From Octopus sinensis (Eukaryota), in NCBI RefSeq assembly GCF_006345805.1, contig NC_043012.1, positions 1,984,001-2,048,000 on the forward strand: 64,000 nucleotides of DNA, read 5' to 3'. The notes under the pieces are model-generated. The model saw only the letters and a list, made by a program, of their open reading frames with translations, searched no databases and had not been told where the DNA came from. The stretch's first letter is position 1. Each line of letters opens with the position of its first letter. The position numbers and the translations under genes are program-made. Shown piece by piece: positions 36,311 through 48,295 of this stretch.

Positions 36311-38334
36311 AACACACATATATACTTATACATACATATATATCTTATGTGACTAACTGTACTATCAGATGCTACACATCGCTGGTCACAAGGAACTTTG
36401 CACCGTTTGAGCACACAGGCCAACATTCCCCACTGCTTGAAAGGAGGACTGGAGCAATGTGAAACGAAGTGCTTTGTTCAAGAACAATGCACTGCCCAGT
36501 GTCCAGTTGGGGAATTGAACCTACAAGCTAGCAACTGTGAGTGCCACCACTATGCCACATGCCTTCACATACATATATATCTATATACTTACACACACAC
36601 ACACACACATATATACATATATTGCTTTAATGCAGTTTTATTAGCTTACAACTGTAGCAGTAGGCTGGTAGAGAATATATATATAAGAATACCAATTTAA
36701 TGGTGAACATTTTATCCTTAGTATATACTTGTGTCTTCATGCATGTGCGTTTGTATGTGTATGTACACACACACCCACAGCGTTTGTGCATACCATGTTT
36801 GTTTAAACAGCTGTAGAGACACATCTAATGCATTTGCATCAGCAGAGAATGTCTTTGTGCTGTGTGACAGACAGATATAATTGGCGAACACAACAAACCT
36901 ATCCAGCCCCATCTCCCCCACCCATCTCTATCTTTCTATGATTAGCGGTCCTCATACTATAATCCAATCCAGGCTTCAGACAAAGCTGACATGAAACCTC
37001 TTAATGCTACCAATATCAAACAAGCTGTATCATATCCGAATGAGCAAGTCTTGTCAAACCCCTACCAACAGTCATGAACCTTTAGTAATCCTTTGATCCT
37101 CTAAGTACCTTTCTCAAACTACACTCGTTTGAAAGGGTTTCCTCTGGGCACTATAAACCATCAAACACTCAAATTAACAGCCCTTCATTCTTTGCTCTTA
37201 TCTGTGTTCATGCTAATGAAACAGGAATTGCTCTGCACCTTGAAGAAGGTTTCATTATTCCTTCAGTTCTTAACTGTCAGTAGAGTAGTTAACAGAAGTT
37301 TGAATAATTCCTGTGTCCCCCAGGATGCAATTCCCACCAATTCCTACTGCTGCTCAGCTGCTTCAGAATAAGTAAGGATGTTCTATTTGGGGGTTTACCA
37401 AAATGTACTGCACTTTCTTCCTCTGGTGTTGCTTATTGGTCTGCAGCCAGTAAAAATAGAGGGGAAAATATGGTTTAGAACTTTGTCAAGGGTTGGTTCA
37501 GCACATTGTCTGCTTGTGGTTTTGACCTGATACATATGATCTGCTGTGAAATGTGGGGCAAAGGGTGTTTTGCTGTAAAATGGAGCACCATTGTGAGATG
37601 CAAACTAAAATATATATATATATATGTGTTTTTTGCTTTTTTTTTTTCCTGGTTTTGTTTTGTTTTTAGCTGAATAAGGGGTAAGCCCCTTTTCTACTTT
37701 TGAAGACATGGTATTTATAATTTTTATAGATTAGCTCCTTTAAAAACTGTCATTATGGGTTAAACAATATCAGAGATGTGTGAAAAGCAACAGTTTCTGT
37801 AACAAGATAAACAGGGAAACAAATGAGAATGTAACAGTTGTGAGGAGCAGACCGGTGGCAGAGGGGAATAAATTGAAATAAAGATTCATTGTAGCATGGA
37901 GAAAAAAAATTAGAAAAAGAGAATAAAATATTGTTTTTTCACTGGATGATTAAATCTGAAGTAGTTTATAGGTGGGAAAAAATAAATTTATTTTTTAAAA
38001 TTCTAAAAAAAAAAAAAATTTTTTTTTTTTAAACCATAGCAATGATGATTATTATGATAATGATGATGCTGACGATGATGATGATGGAGGGAACTTATAA
38101 ATGTAAATGTAAGAGAGGGTTTGAATAAAAGGTTAAAAGAAAAAGAAATATAAATTATTTAGAATCGTGTTTAGCTGTCGGTGGTGATGGTGGTGGTGGT
38201 AGCTGTGGTGATTAGGGAATTAAAGAAAGGTGGCTGGGCAGGCGGGGGTTCGGAAAACAATGTGGCAGAAATACACAAGAGTCCCTGCTTTTTTTTTTTT
38301 TTATAAGCCAGCATTAGGATAAAGCTGAACTTAC

Positions 38335-38678
38335 AGACAACTCGGTGTTCCGTCGTCGTTTCCTGGAAGAATAAGGTTCTGTAGTAGCAGTCTGTGTCCC
38401 TGCCTGTCGGGAAGATTCCTTGCTGGTACCTCGTCGATATGACGTTTGAGTAGATACACTGGCTTTCTCGTCTTCTTGACATTGAGCAACCACAGCAGAC
38501 ACATATTCCTCGTCAGAATTTAAAGCTTCCTCCTCTTCACCCTCTTCTTCTTCTTCCTCTTCTGCTTCTTCCTCCTCCTCCTCTGCCTCTTCTTCCTCCT
38601 CTTCTTCTTCTTCTTCCTCCTCCTCCTCCTCTTCAGACTCTTCCTTATAGTTTTTCTTCACTCTCGGTTTTCTTTTAG
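38335..38678 (-). CDS. BAZ1B: BAZ1B exon, second acidic tract + pre-bromodomain linker
   Basis: tttttag|(S)KRKPRVKKNYKEESEEEE...SSRKRRRNTELS|gtaagt; 344 nt; phase 1-0. ELS|ICE aligns with human ELQKCE. Confidence 0.9.
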
Positions 38679-39755
38679 CTAAAAATGAGTGAGAAAAAAG
38701 AAAGAAAAAAAATGCCGCTTTCTAAGTTAAAGGTAGAAAGACAGACAGATCACAAGAACAGGAGAACTATTTTCTTTGTATTGATTTAGTCAAAAAAAGA
38801 AAAAAAAGAAGAAAAAAGAACAGTACACATGGCATTTACATGGTCTTGAAGACAGACTGACATGAAGGGGACAAACTTCTCTCCACTTCCAGGGTTACCA
38901 TCATATAAAAGGCATAGACTAAATGTTTGCAAAAGAATGGACTCTACTAGAAGGAATTCTTTGTCATCAAACAAACCAATGGGTTTTATGCTTACCACCT
39001 AAGAATAGATAAAAGCCAGCTAATAGGCTTCTATGATTTCACTGATAGAACTTGAGTCAGCCATAACTAAAGTAAGAAGAAACTTGCTCAGCTACATACA
39101 TGCTAATTTCATGAACAGGCTGTTCTGTTGATTAGATCAAGTGGAACCTTTCTTGTCATAACCAACGGAATGCCAGTTGTTGTAAGGTAACAGATTTTCA
39201 GAGAAGACTCTGCATAACTGATTGATATTTTATTTTACTGATTCCAGAAGAATGAAAAGCAAAGTCAATAGCGGTGAAATTTGAACTCAGAATGCAAAGG
39301 CCCATAATTAAATATCTCAAAGCTTCTTCCTGCCAGCTTACAATTCTGTTGTCAACATAAAATGAATGATCGATTTAATAACTGAAATTAGAATTTGCAA
39401 ACCTGTCATAGGACAAAGTAGCTAAAATTCATGTTATGAGATTAAATAACACTAATTGATGAATTTAAAATCGGAAAATATAATTCCTTCTACTATAAGC
39501 ACAAGGCCTGAGACTTTCGGGGAGGGGCCTGGATTACATCCAGACCCAGGATTCAGCTGGTACTTAAAGGATGAAAGGCAAAGTTGACCTCAGTGGAATT
39601 TGAACCCAGAATGCAGAAACAGAAGAAATTCTGTGAAGCACATTGTATGTGTGTGTGTGAGAGAGAGAGAGGAGAGTGTGTGTGTGCACACACACAAGAA
39701 TATGTATACAAGAAAGAGAGAGAGGGTGAGAGAGTGCCACTTCAAATAAACTTAC

Positions 39756-39817
39756 AATATGTTCTGAGCTGTACTTTTTTCTTGGATTTTGAACTTTTAG
39801 GAATGTCTTCTTCTGAT

Positions 39818-39849
<32 letters not shown>

Positions 39850-39914
39850 CTCTTCTTCTTCTTCTTCCTCCTCCTCTTCTTCCTCTTCCTCAGACTCTTT
39901 CATGTACTTCTTAC
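39756..39914 (-). CDS. BAZ1B: BAZ1B exon, first poly-Glu tract
   Basis: ctcttag|(R)KKYMKES(E)25SEEDIPKSSKSKKKVQLRTY|gtaagt; 159 nt; phase 1-1. Confidence 0.88.
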
Positions 39915-40935
39915 CTAAGAGATGAAAACAAAGTTGTTTCATGGAACCAGATACAACTTTTGGATAAGAGATGTGTACAAAAACCAAGTTACTCCACTTT
40001 CAACCCCTACAAAAAGCAACCAAAGAAGCTTCTACACTAGGGGTGGGGCGGTGGGGGACTGTAGCCCCAGGGCTTTTTGTGGCCTTTTTAGTCATCTACA
40101 GTGTATCAAGAGAAATCTTAATTTATATAAAAGCCATGAATATCAAGCAGTTGTAATATATTAGACAAATATAACAACCAAAGTCTTCACAAAATAGATG
40201 CAAACTAGAATTAAAACATTTCTCTGGGTAGAAAATTAAGGAAAGATAAGTAACTTTATAAATCATTTACAACCATGAGCACAAAACATGGACAGAAATA
40301 AGGAAAATGAACACAGAGAAGGTCATTGGCAATATTAATAAACATTGCCGGGCGTACAATACTTAAAAGGAGTCTGCCAAGAGACCCAATGTTTTAAAGA
40401 CAGTACTGGAAAAGAAAAGAATTGTAATGAACATTTTCATTGTGGGCCAAAATCTGGACCCAATGATTTGATAGATTTATCTGCTCTGGGTCCAACATAT
40501 TCTGCTTGGATCACCAACGTGTTAATGTATAAGAACAGATTAGAAAGTACAAAGTCTGCCATATATATTGGACAATGATAATAGTAGGCATGCATGTGTG
40601 TTCGTTTAGCAAAGGTTTTTAATTAATTTTAGGAAAATAAAAATAAGGAATAAGTGGCAATTTTACCAATGAGTGTGTTAAATTATAAGGCACAAAAAGA
40701 AAATGCCTCTCCCCAGACACAACAGATTATAATTAATTATTTTGTGGTATTGTAGTTAGTATCGATTAGTAATTAATATTCTTATAGAAAATTTCTTCTC
40801 TTCACGCATGCACACATGTATATCATGATTCATACACTGTTCACTTTCCTGACATTTGTACATAATTCTATGTACTGTACATGCACTTTTTATAAGTTGT
40901 AGTGCACCTGAGCACTATACACAATAATTTCATCA

Positions 40936-40966
<31 letters not shown>

Positions 40967-41429
40967 TCCCAAACATGTTAAAAAAAAATTGAAAAGTATG
41001 CAGAAAGAAGAAAATAGTCTTTAATGACAAATTACAATATTTTGTAGCATTTGATTAGCCATAAAACAACTTGCTTGTTCTGTGATACCTTACTTTCAAC
41101 AATACAGAAATACAATGTCTACCAGCATTATGCTACATGGTTAATAAATATGCCAAATTAAGAAGGTGAGTCTTGAAAGACCCTATCAAAGATGGAAAGC
41201 AAAAGCAAAGACAATTATTCTCTTTAGTATTACACAGAGGAAATGCTACAACTGAGATAAATTATGAAGCAGCAATATTTACTTAAGGAAAAAGTAAATC
41301 ATTTAGCAATTTAGAGCTGTATATAATGAATGCATTTTTGAAGATGTAAGAAGCACCTCCTTCAAAAAGAACTGTTACTAACTGGCAGCCAGTAACAAAG
41401 TAATTTCAGAAAGTACCCAAAGGGAAACT

Positions 41430-41750
41430 ATATTACTGGCACGTGAACAAAACATGTGAGTGAGGTCGTTGCCAGTGCCGCTGGACTGACTCCTGTGCAG
41501 GTGGCACATAAAAAACACCATTTGAGTGTGGCCATTGCCAGTACCGCCAGACTGGCCTTTGTGCCGGTGGCACGTAAAAGCACCCACAACAATCTCGGAG
41601 TGGTTGGCGTTAGGAAGGGCATCCAGTAGTAGAAACTCTGCCAGATCAAATTGGAGCCTGGTGCAGCCATCTGGTTCGCCAGTCCTCAGTCAAATTGTTC
41701 AACCCATGCTAGCATGGAAAGCGGACGTTAAACGATGATGATGATGATCT
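41430..41750 (+). mobile_element. RTE 3'UTR copy
   Basis: Closely similar to 3500-3895. Confidence 0.85.
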
Positions 41751-41937
41751 TCCAGAATTAAAACTCGTATTGGCTGGAGAAGTTTACACGGAAGATTGAA
41801 AATGAATGACACTGCACGTAAGATAGTGATGTTTGTTTACAATTAGTAAGCTATACCATGGCAACAAGACACAAATACACACACACACAACAAAACCAAG
41901 GTCCACAAAATTCGGTCCAGACAACTGGTATACTTAC

Positions 41938-42032
41938 GTCGTTGAGCCCTCTCTTGTCTTTGTTTGGCAACAGCTCGTCGTGATTTTGATCTTCGGCCAC
42001 CACTTTTACATTGAGTACAAATCCATTGTCCC
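41938..42032 (-). CDS. BAZ1B: BAZ1B exon, C-terminal half of PHD2
   Basis: tcctcag|(R)GQWICTQCKSGGRRSKSRRAVAKQRQERAQR|gtaagt; 95 nt; phase 2-1. Confidence 0.92.
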
Positions 42033-43128
42033 CTGAGGATAAAAATGAAAATATTAATTTTCTCAAAGATTTTTACAAGTTTCAACACAATCAGCATGGA
42101 TTTGGTTCTGTTCATAGATTAAGTCTGGAACAGCCACAATTCAATGAAACACACAGACACCATGGAAGATAACTCATTAGTAAACAACTTCTAGATCGAT
42201 GAAATAATGAAAACACTACATATTCATACAAACCTACTTCACTCATGCTTTGACAAACACAGTAACTGCAGAACTGATTAAAGGAGGAGCCAGAACTGAA
42301 GGGAAGTTTGATATATTAACATAAACAGAATGTCTTGCAACCCATACAGCCCACACCCTCCACTCTCTTAATCTATTTAGATGCAGTATTTTATCATATA
42401 TTTATATCAGTGATTCGTAATCTTCTCAACATAGTGACATCGAAATTAAATAAAAATACGAGCATACTAGATATTAAAAATTAAATAGACTGGTGTACTT
42501 CACGTGCAAAATTACACAAAATTATGTTTTTGAAAATGTATAGAAAAACATTCAGAAAATTATGACTAACATATTTTTCAAGATGCTTAAACATTAGTAT
42601 GGTTTTTTTTCCCTTAAACCTTTCAATACTAATCTGCCCTGAGGCTGTCTCTGGTTCTTTTATTATACATTTACTAGCATTTAAACCAGCCATATTCAGG
42701 CAAAATATTTCACCTGTTTTATTTTCATACCAACCAGATTCCACCTATCACACCTACCCTACGAAGTTGTTTTAAAAATAAACTATCACATCATCAAAAT
42801 CCTGAAGCTACAAGATAATCCACAATTAATTCAAAACAATGTGAATTAATAAGCATTACATTCGACAGGATAATCTGAATGCTAAAGGGTTGAAAGTGAT
42901 CTTAAAACTTTCTATCCAAGTTTAACAATAATTAATGTCTCAACCATCAGCTTAAGAACAACAAGGTTATTTAACTACATTTCTCATATTCTTTGTTCTT
43001 TTCATAACTAATAAAAGGCAATGTATTTCTGCAGAAATATGGTAACAAAAAGGGCTGTTATTTTATCTATGACACACCATACATGAGTATGACTAAATTA
43101 TGTTTCACCCATTTTCTAAGATGATTTA

Positions 43129-43523
43129 TCTTTATATATAAAAGTAAGGTTGTGTGCTGTCTGTCTCCTACAATTTAGATTCCAAACTACTCCCACATTT
43201 TGCGGTGCAGTTTAACCAAAACCGGGTATCTTATAGTCGTGATTCATATCGAGCCCTTCTGGGTATTAGCGCGCGTCTACGATGAGTCTACGATTAAAAA
43301 AAGAATTTACCATCAATTTTTCCCATTTTTAATGCATTTTTGGCATATATAAGGGAAGTAACTCTCTAAAAATTCATTATTAAATCTCAGAACGTAAAAA
43401 GCTGCAGTAACACCCCTCCTTTGTGGTTAGCCATACTGAGATGGCTATTATACTTTACATCTCTAAAAATGCTTTATAGTTATTTCCCTTACAAACCTGA
43501 GCAACGCCGGGCGATACTGCTAG
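43129..43523 (+). mobile_element. Non-autonomous Helitron (395 bp)
   Basis: 5' TC after A, 3' CTAG before T, subterminal hairpin CC(T/C)GAGCAACGCCGGG, no TSD. Sister copy at 62665-63069. Confidence 0.88.
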
Positions 43524-43714
43524 TTATTAATATAGATTTTCTAAAACCCTTAAACTATGTTGTTACAAACCCACCATGCACCTAGAAATGACTTACAGTG
43601 GATCATTTGGAAACCACTGTTCTACACATTATAAACTTGCCCTATTGAAGCTGTCGCAGTGCAAGGGGGAAGATAAAATAGATGTAAAATTTTCTTCTAA
43701 TAATGGCAACGTAC

Positions 43715-43881
43715 CTGGGTGGATGTCTTAAAGGTGGATCGTGGCATTCTATATGGTAGACATCAGGACACTGTGAACACTGAATTAAGTCATCTTGGCC
43801 ATCACACACAACACAATTTTCATAATGTTCCTTCTCTGATAAATCGTTTCCGTCAGTATCGCCGTCATCACTGTCTCCCTT
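43715..43881 (-). CDS. BAZ1B: BAZ1B exon, N-terminal part of PHD2
   Basis: ctctctag|KGDSDDGDTDGNDLSEKEHYENCVVCDGQDDLIQCSQCPDVYHIECHDPPLRHPP(R)|gtacgt; 167 nt; phase 0-2. Confidence 0.92.
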
Positions 43882-44031
43882 CTAGAGAGGTAAGAGAAGA
43901 AGAAGAGAAGATACAGAAACTGATTAGGTAAACAAAGCACACAAAATGGTTAGATCGTTATTTAATTACTCCAGTGAATTAACTACAGCCATGCTGGACC
44001 ATTGCCTTGAAGGGTTTTAGTTTGATCATGT

Positions 44032-44290
44032 CATGCCGGTGGCACGTAAAAAGCACCATCTAATCGTGTCCGTTTGCCAGCCTCGTCTGGCACCTGTGCC
44101 GGTGGCATGTAAAAACACCCACTACACTCTCGGAGTGGTTAGTATTAGGAAGGGCATCCAGCCATAGAAACATTGCCAAATCAGACTGGGCCTGGTGCTG
44201 CCTTCTGGCTTCCCAGACCCCAGTTGAAACGTCCAACCCATGCTAGCATGGAAAGCGAACGCTAAACGATAATGATGATGATGATGATGT
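44032..44290 (+). mobile_element. RTE 3'UTR copy
   Basis: Hairpin unit + conserved tail + (GAT)n. Confidence 0.87.
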
Positions 44291-44532
44291 CAGATCAAGT
44301 CTGGTACAGAAGTGAATGATCAATATTTGTCAAACTATCAAGTTACAGAAGCTAAATGGAGTTTTAGACTGGCATAAACAAAGACACCGACAGACATACA
44401 AAACACACACACACGTGTGTGTGTGTCTGAGTGTTTATGTCTTTAAAATGACACTGCTTAGGGAGTGGCGATGTTTGTGCCCCACATAATATATCTGGTA
44501 GTTTGATAGTTTAACATATTAAGACAGCAGTC

Positions 44533-44770
44533 ATCATCATCATCATCGTTTAACGTCCATTCTCCATGCTAGCACGGGGATCTGGGAAGCCAGAAGGCTG
44601 TACCAGGCTCCAGTCTGATCTGGCAGTGTTTCTACAGCTGGATGCCCTTCCTAATGCCAACCACTCCGCGAGTGGAGTGGGTGCTTTTTATGTGCCACCA
44701 GTACAAGTGCTAGGCGAGGCTGGCAACGGCCACGATCGGATTGGTGCTTTTTACATGCCACCGGCACAGA
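44533..44770 (-). mobile_element. RTE 3'UTR copy, inverted relative to 44032-44290 and 46366-46639
   Basis: (CAT)n + tail on the minus strand. Confidence 0.87.
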
Positions 44771-45179
44771 AAAAAGTATTCTGCAAGAAAACAGGTAGTG
44801 TTATGGGATTAAATAACACTAATTGATGAATTTAATACTACTATAGGCACAACACCTGAACTTTTCAAGGATGGATCATGTTGATTACATTGACTCCAGG
44901 ATTCGACTGACTCAAAAAAGATAAAAGCCAAAGACGACCTTGGCATCAGGAAGGGCATCCAACTGTAAAATAGCCCATCAAGGCCTCAAGAAATCTAACT
45001 CATCCAATGCCAGTATGGTAAGCCATCATCATCCGGTTGTGCTAATCACACAGATTTCCATGACTCATTCTCTCCAGTCTGTTCAGTCCACCATTACACA
45101 TTGATTGTAGGTTTACTTGACCAGGACTGACCTAGGGTTAATATCAGTTAAGTATATTTTAGTAAATTCTTTGAATTAC

Positions 45180-45248
45180 CTCATCATCTGAATCTTCACC
45201 ATATTTCTTCCTGGAAGCAGTTCTTCGACTCCTACGTTCTGACTGAGG
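45180..45248 (-). CDS. BAZ1B: BAZ1B exon, PHD1-PHD2 linker
   Basis: gtttag|PQSERRSRRTASRKKYGEDSDDE|gtaatt; 69 nt; phase 0-0. Confidence 0.88.
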
Positions 45249-45524
45249 CTAAACAAACAAGAATGAATATAAATATAAAATAATAAAAAGTAATTGTTGG
45301 TGTTGACATTTCAGATGGTCTAATATATCTTAATTAACGTCATTCTTTGACAAATATAAAGTAATTCTTTTAAGCGATGAATTTATACAGATATATATAT
45401 ATATATATATGGAGAGAGGGAGAGAGAGTAGGAAGAGGGCAAGTGAGAGAGTACAATCCCTTTTAAAAAGCTTTATTCAATTTACATTTCAAATGATAAT
45501 TTTTTTAAAAATCTGTGTCCTTAC

Positions 45525-45665
45525 CAGACATGCAGGACAATACCAGTCACCCTCGGGTATCCAGGGAAGAGCAGGACGAAGGCAGTATAAATGAAATGCC
45601 TGGTTACAATCATCACACAGTATCAACTGTTCACCAACTCCTTTCTTCCGGCAAATTTTACATTT
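45525..45665 (-). CDS. BAZ1B: BAZ1B exon, PHD1
   Basis: acacag|KCKICRKKGVGEQLILCDDCNQAFHLYCLRPALPWIPEGDWYCPACL|gtaagg; C4HC3; 141 nt; phase 0-0. Confidence 0.96.
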
Positions 45666-46365
45666 CTGTGTTTTAAAAGACAAACAAACAAACCATCATA
45701 AGTATATATATTTCTTTATTGCCCACAGGGGGGGGGGGTAAACATAAAGGGGACAAACAAGGACAAACAAAGGGATTAAGTCAATTAATCTAAACCATAT
45801 TTTGATTTTGTTAACTTTTACCAATTTACCAGGCAGTATTCCTCTGGTATAAAATTTACCACTACTCCTAATATATACCCTATCAAGAAATGAAGTCACT
45901 GTATTGCCGCTGCCAACATCAAAATTTCGCTGCTCATTTTAATTCATGAACGTGCATTTGATAAACTTCCGTTAAAGTTTGAAAGCTATGCACTAGCTTT
46001 GAATTTTATATTTTTGTCCAAAGTATCAACAGTTCTGCACAGTGGCTACAGAAAAAAACTTTAAAACATTAGAAAGATTGGTATGTGGTTATTTCTCAGA
46101 CACTTGAACGAACCTTGACTGATCTGAGAGATTAGTGTTCCAGTTTTTTCTAATAGAACTTTCCAATCATTGAATCAATGTGACAGTGTGTCACAAAGCC
46201 TCACCCTTGAACTTCAGGTACAGTCCATTTGAGTAAATTCTAAATCAATGTTTCTCCAGGTAAGACATGGTAATATTTTGGTGGGAATGATGGGGTTTAC
46301 TTCAGAATGAGCAAGAAATAAATAATAACTGAATAGAGGTTAATTAAAACTACTTTTGAAAATAT

Positions 46366-46639
46366 GCCAGCCTCGCCTGGCCCCCGTGCCGGTGGCACAT
46401 AAAAAGCACCATCCATCTGTGGCCGTTTGCCAGCTCCGTCTGGCACCTGTGCGGGTGGCACGTAAAAAGCACCCACTACATTCATGGAGTGGTTGGCGTT
46501 AGGAAGGGCATCCAGCCGTAGAAACATTGCCAGATCAGACTGGGCCTGGTGCAGCCTTCTGGCTTCCCAGACTCCTGCTGAACCGTCCAACCCATGCTAG
46601 CATGGAAAGCGGATGCTAAATGATGATGATGATGATGAT
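46366..46639 (+). mobile_element. Short RTE-tail element (~275 bp)
   Basis: Same start and diagnostic bases as 18640-18915. Confidence 0.88.
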
Positions 46640-47170
46640 ACTAACTTCATTCATGGTAGGATGCCTTTATTTTTCCTTATTTTTGGAGGGGTAAAAAAAA
46701 AAAATTTAAGTGGAATGTGGCGAAAAATAGGCCAAGAGACATTGTACAGATTCAGTCTGTCTAACATCTAACTTTACTCAAAGGTTACAGATTGACCTGG
46801 CTGGAGTAAAAGACACATGACTGAAGTGTCACTTAAGGGTTATGAAATTGTAACTAAATGCACCTAGCTAATAACACATGGCCTCACAGAACATTCAAGA
46901 CATTTTACATCATCTTTATTTAATATCTGTCTTCCAGGCTGGCATGGGTCAGATAGTTTGACAAGATCTAACAAGTTGGAGGACTGTCATGCTTCAAAGT
47001 CTCCCCTGGCAAGGTTTCCACAGCTGAATGTCCTTCTTAACGCCAATCACTTTACAAAAGTAGACTGGGTGCTTTTATTGTGACACCATATAAGACATTT
47101 GCATTATATAAATAATCAAATCATTTTACTGAGATTCTTCAATAAATTCGTTAAAATAATTATAACTTAC

Positions 47171-47319
47171 AGCATTCTCAGCGGACTTCTCCCATTTGAT
47201 GCAGGCATCCAAAATTCCAAGTAAAACATGTAGGCGTGAATATGTTTTCGAGTTTTCTACAGCTTCTTTCCATTTTAAGAGACCCATATTTATCAGTTCT
47301 TTGTCTTCCTCCTCTTTGA
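47171..47319 (-). CDS. BAZ1B: BAZ1B exon (pre-PHD conserved block)
   Basis: tatcag|(V)KEEEDKELINMGLLKWKEAVENSKTYSRLHVLLGILDACIKWEKSAENA|gtaagt; 149 nt; phase 1-0. Confidence 0.95.
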
Positions 47320-48295
47320 CTGATATATGAAGAATTGCAACAAGAAAAACAAAAAACTTTTCAGAACATAGAAAACACCATTGAATTTTAGAAAAAAACT
47401 GAAACAAAATATCAAATCAATTCATATAAAATATTATAGCCATCATGATAGGCATTAGTAGAAATAGAAGTAGTAGATTAGTGCTAAGTAGCTGAAGAAT
47501 TAATGACATGTGAACAAGGGAAATGTGTGAATAGAAATCCCCAGTTAAAAACCAAGAATTCATATACCTAATTTTAGAATGAGGACACAATTTTTGGAAT
47601 TAATTTTACTAATTTATGGGATTGATGGGCTCTTATTATGAATAATAGCAAAAGTGCAGTAGCTATGATAGTGTATAACTATATTGTAATACTTCAGCAG
47701 CTACTAAGTGTTATAATTTACACATACAAGGGTTAAGGCAGGCAAGAAATCATATCTTTTACTCATTTCAGTCATTAGACTGCAGCCATACTGAGGCGCC
47801 ACCTTGAGGAATTTCAGTCAAACAAATCAACCCTAGTACTTATTTTTTCTTTTAAGCCTAGTACTTATTCTATTGGTCTCTTTTGCCACATCACTAGGTT
47901 ATGGGGATGCAAACACACCAACACCAGTTGTCAAGTGGCAGTGAGGAACAAACACAGATACAAAGACACACACACAAAGGGCTTCTTTCAGTTTCTGTCA
48001 ACCAAATCCATACACAAGACTTTGGTTAGTCTAAGACTATAGCAGAAAAGATATGCCTAAGAACCACGCAGTGGGACTGAACCCAGAACCATGATGTCGG
48101 GTAGCAAACTTCTTAACATAGATCCACGTCTGTACCTACAATAATTCTAAATAATCCTAAATCAAAGTAGAAGCCCTGAATTTTAGTTGCTTAAAAGTAT
48201 CCTGTAGCATGCTAGAAATTTCTGTGTAAAAAAAAAAAAAAGTTTTGAAATTACTGCAAGGAGAAGAAAAAACAAGATTTCTATCAAAAACTTAC

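Noticed and set aside
37995-38035. A-run/T-run palindrome (also the CA/TG palindrome at ~44403-44426)
   Set aside because: Low-complexity sequence, expected by chance in this genome.
39584-39925. 113-aa plus-strand ORF with a poly-Ser run
   Set aside because: Antisense shadow of the BAZ1B poly-Glu exon.
43597-43641. 45-nt AG...GTAAGT segment just after the PHD2 N-terminal exon
   Set aside because: Weak pyrimidine tract, only a 73-nt upstream intron, and an immediate in-frame stop. The true PHD2 continuation is at 41938-42032.
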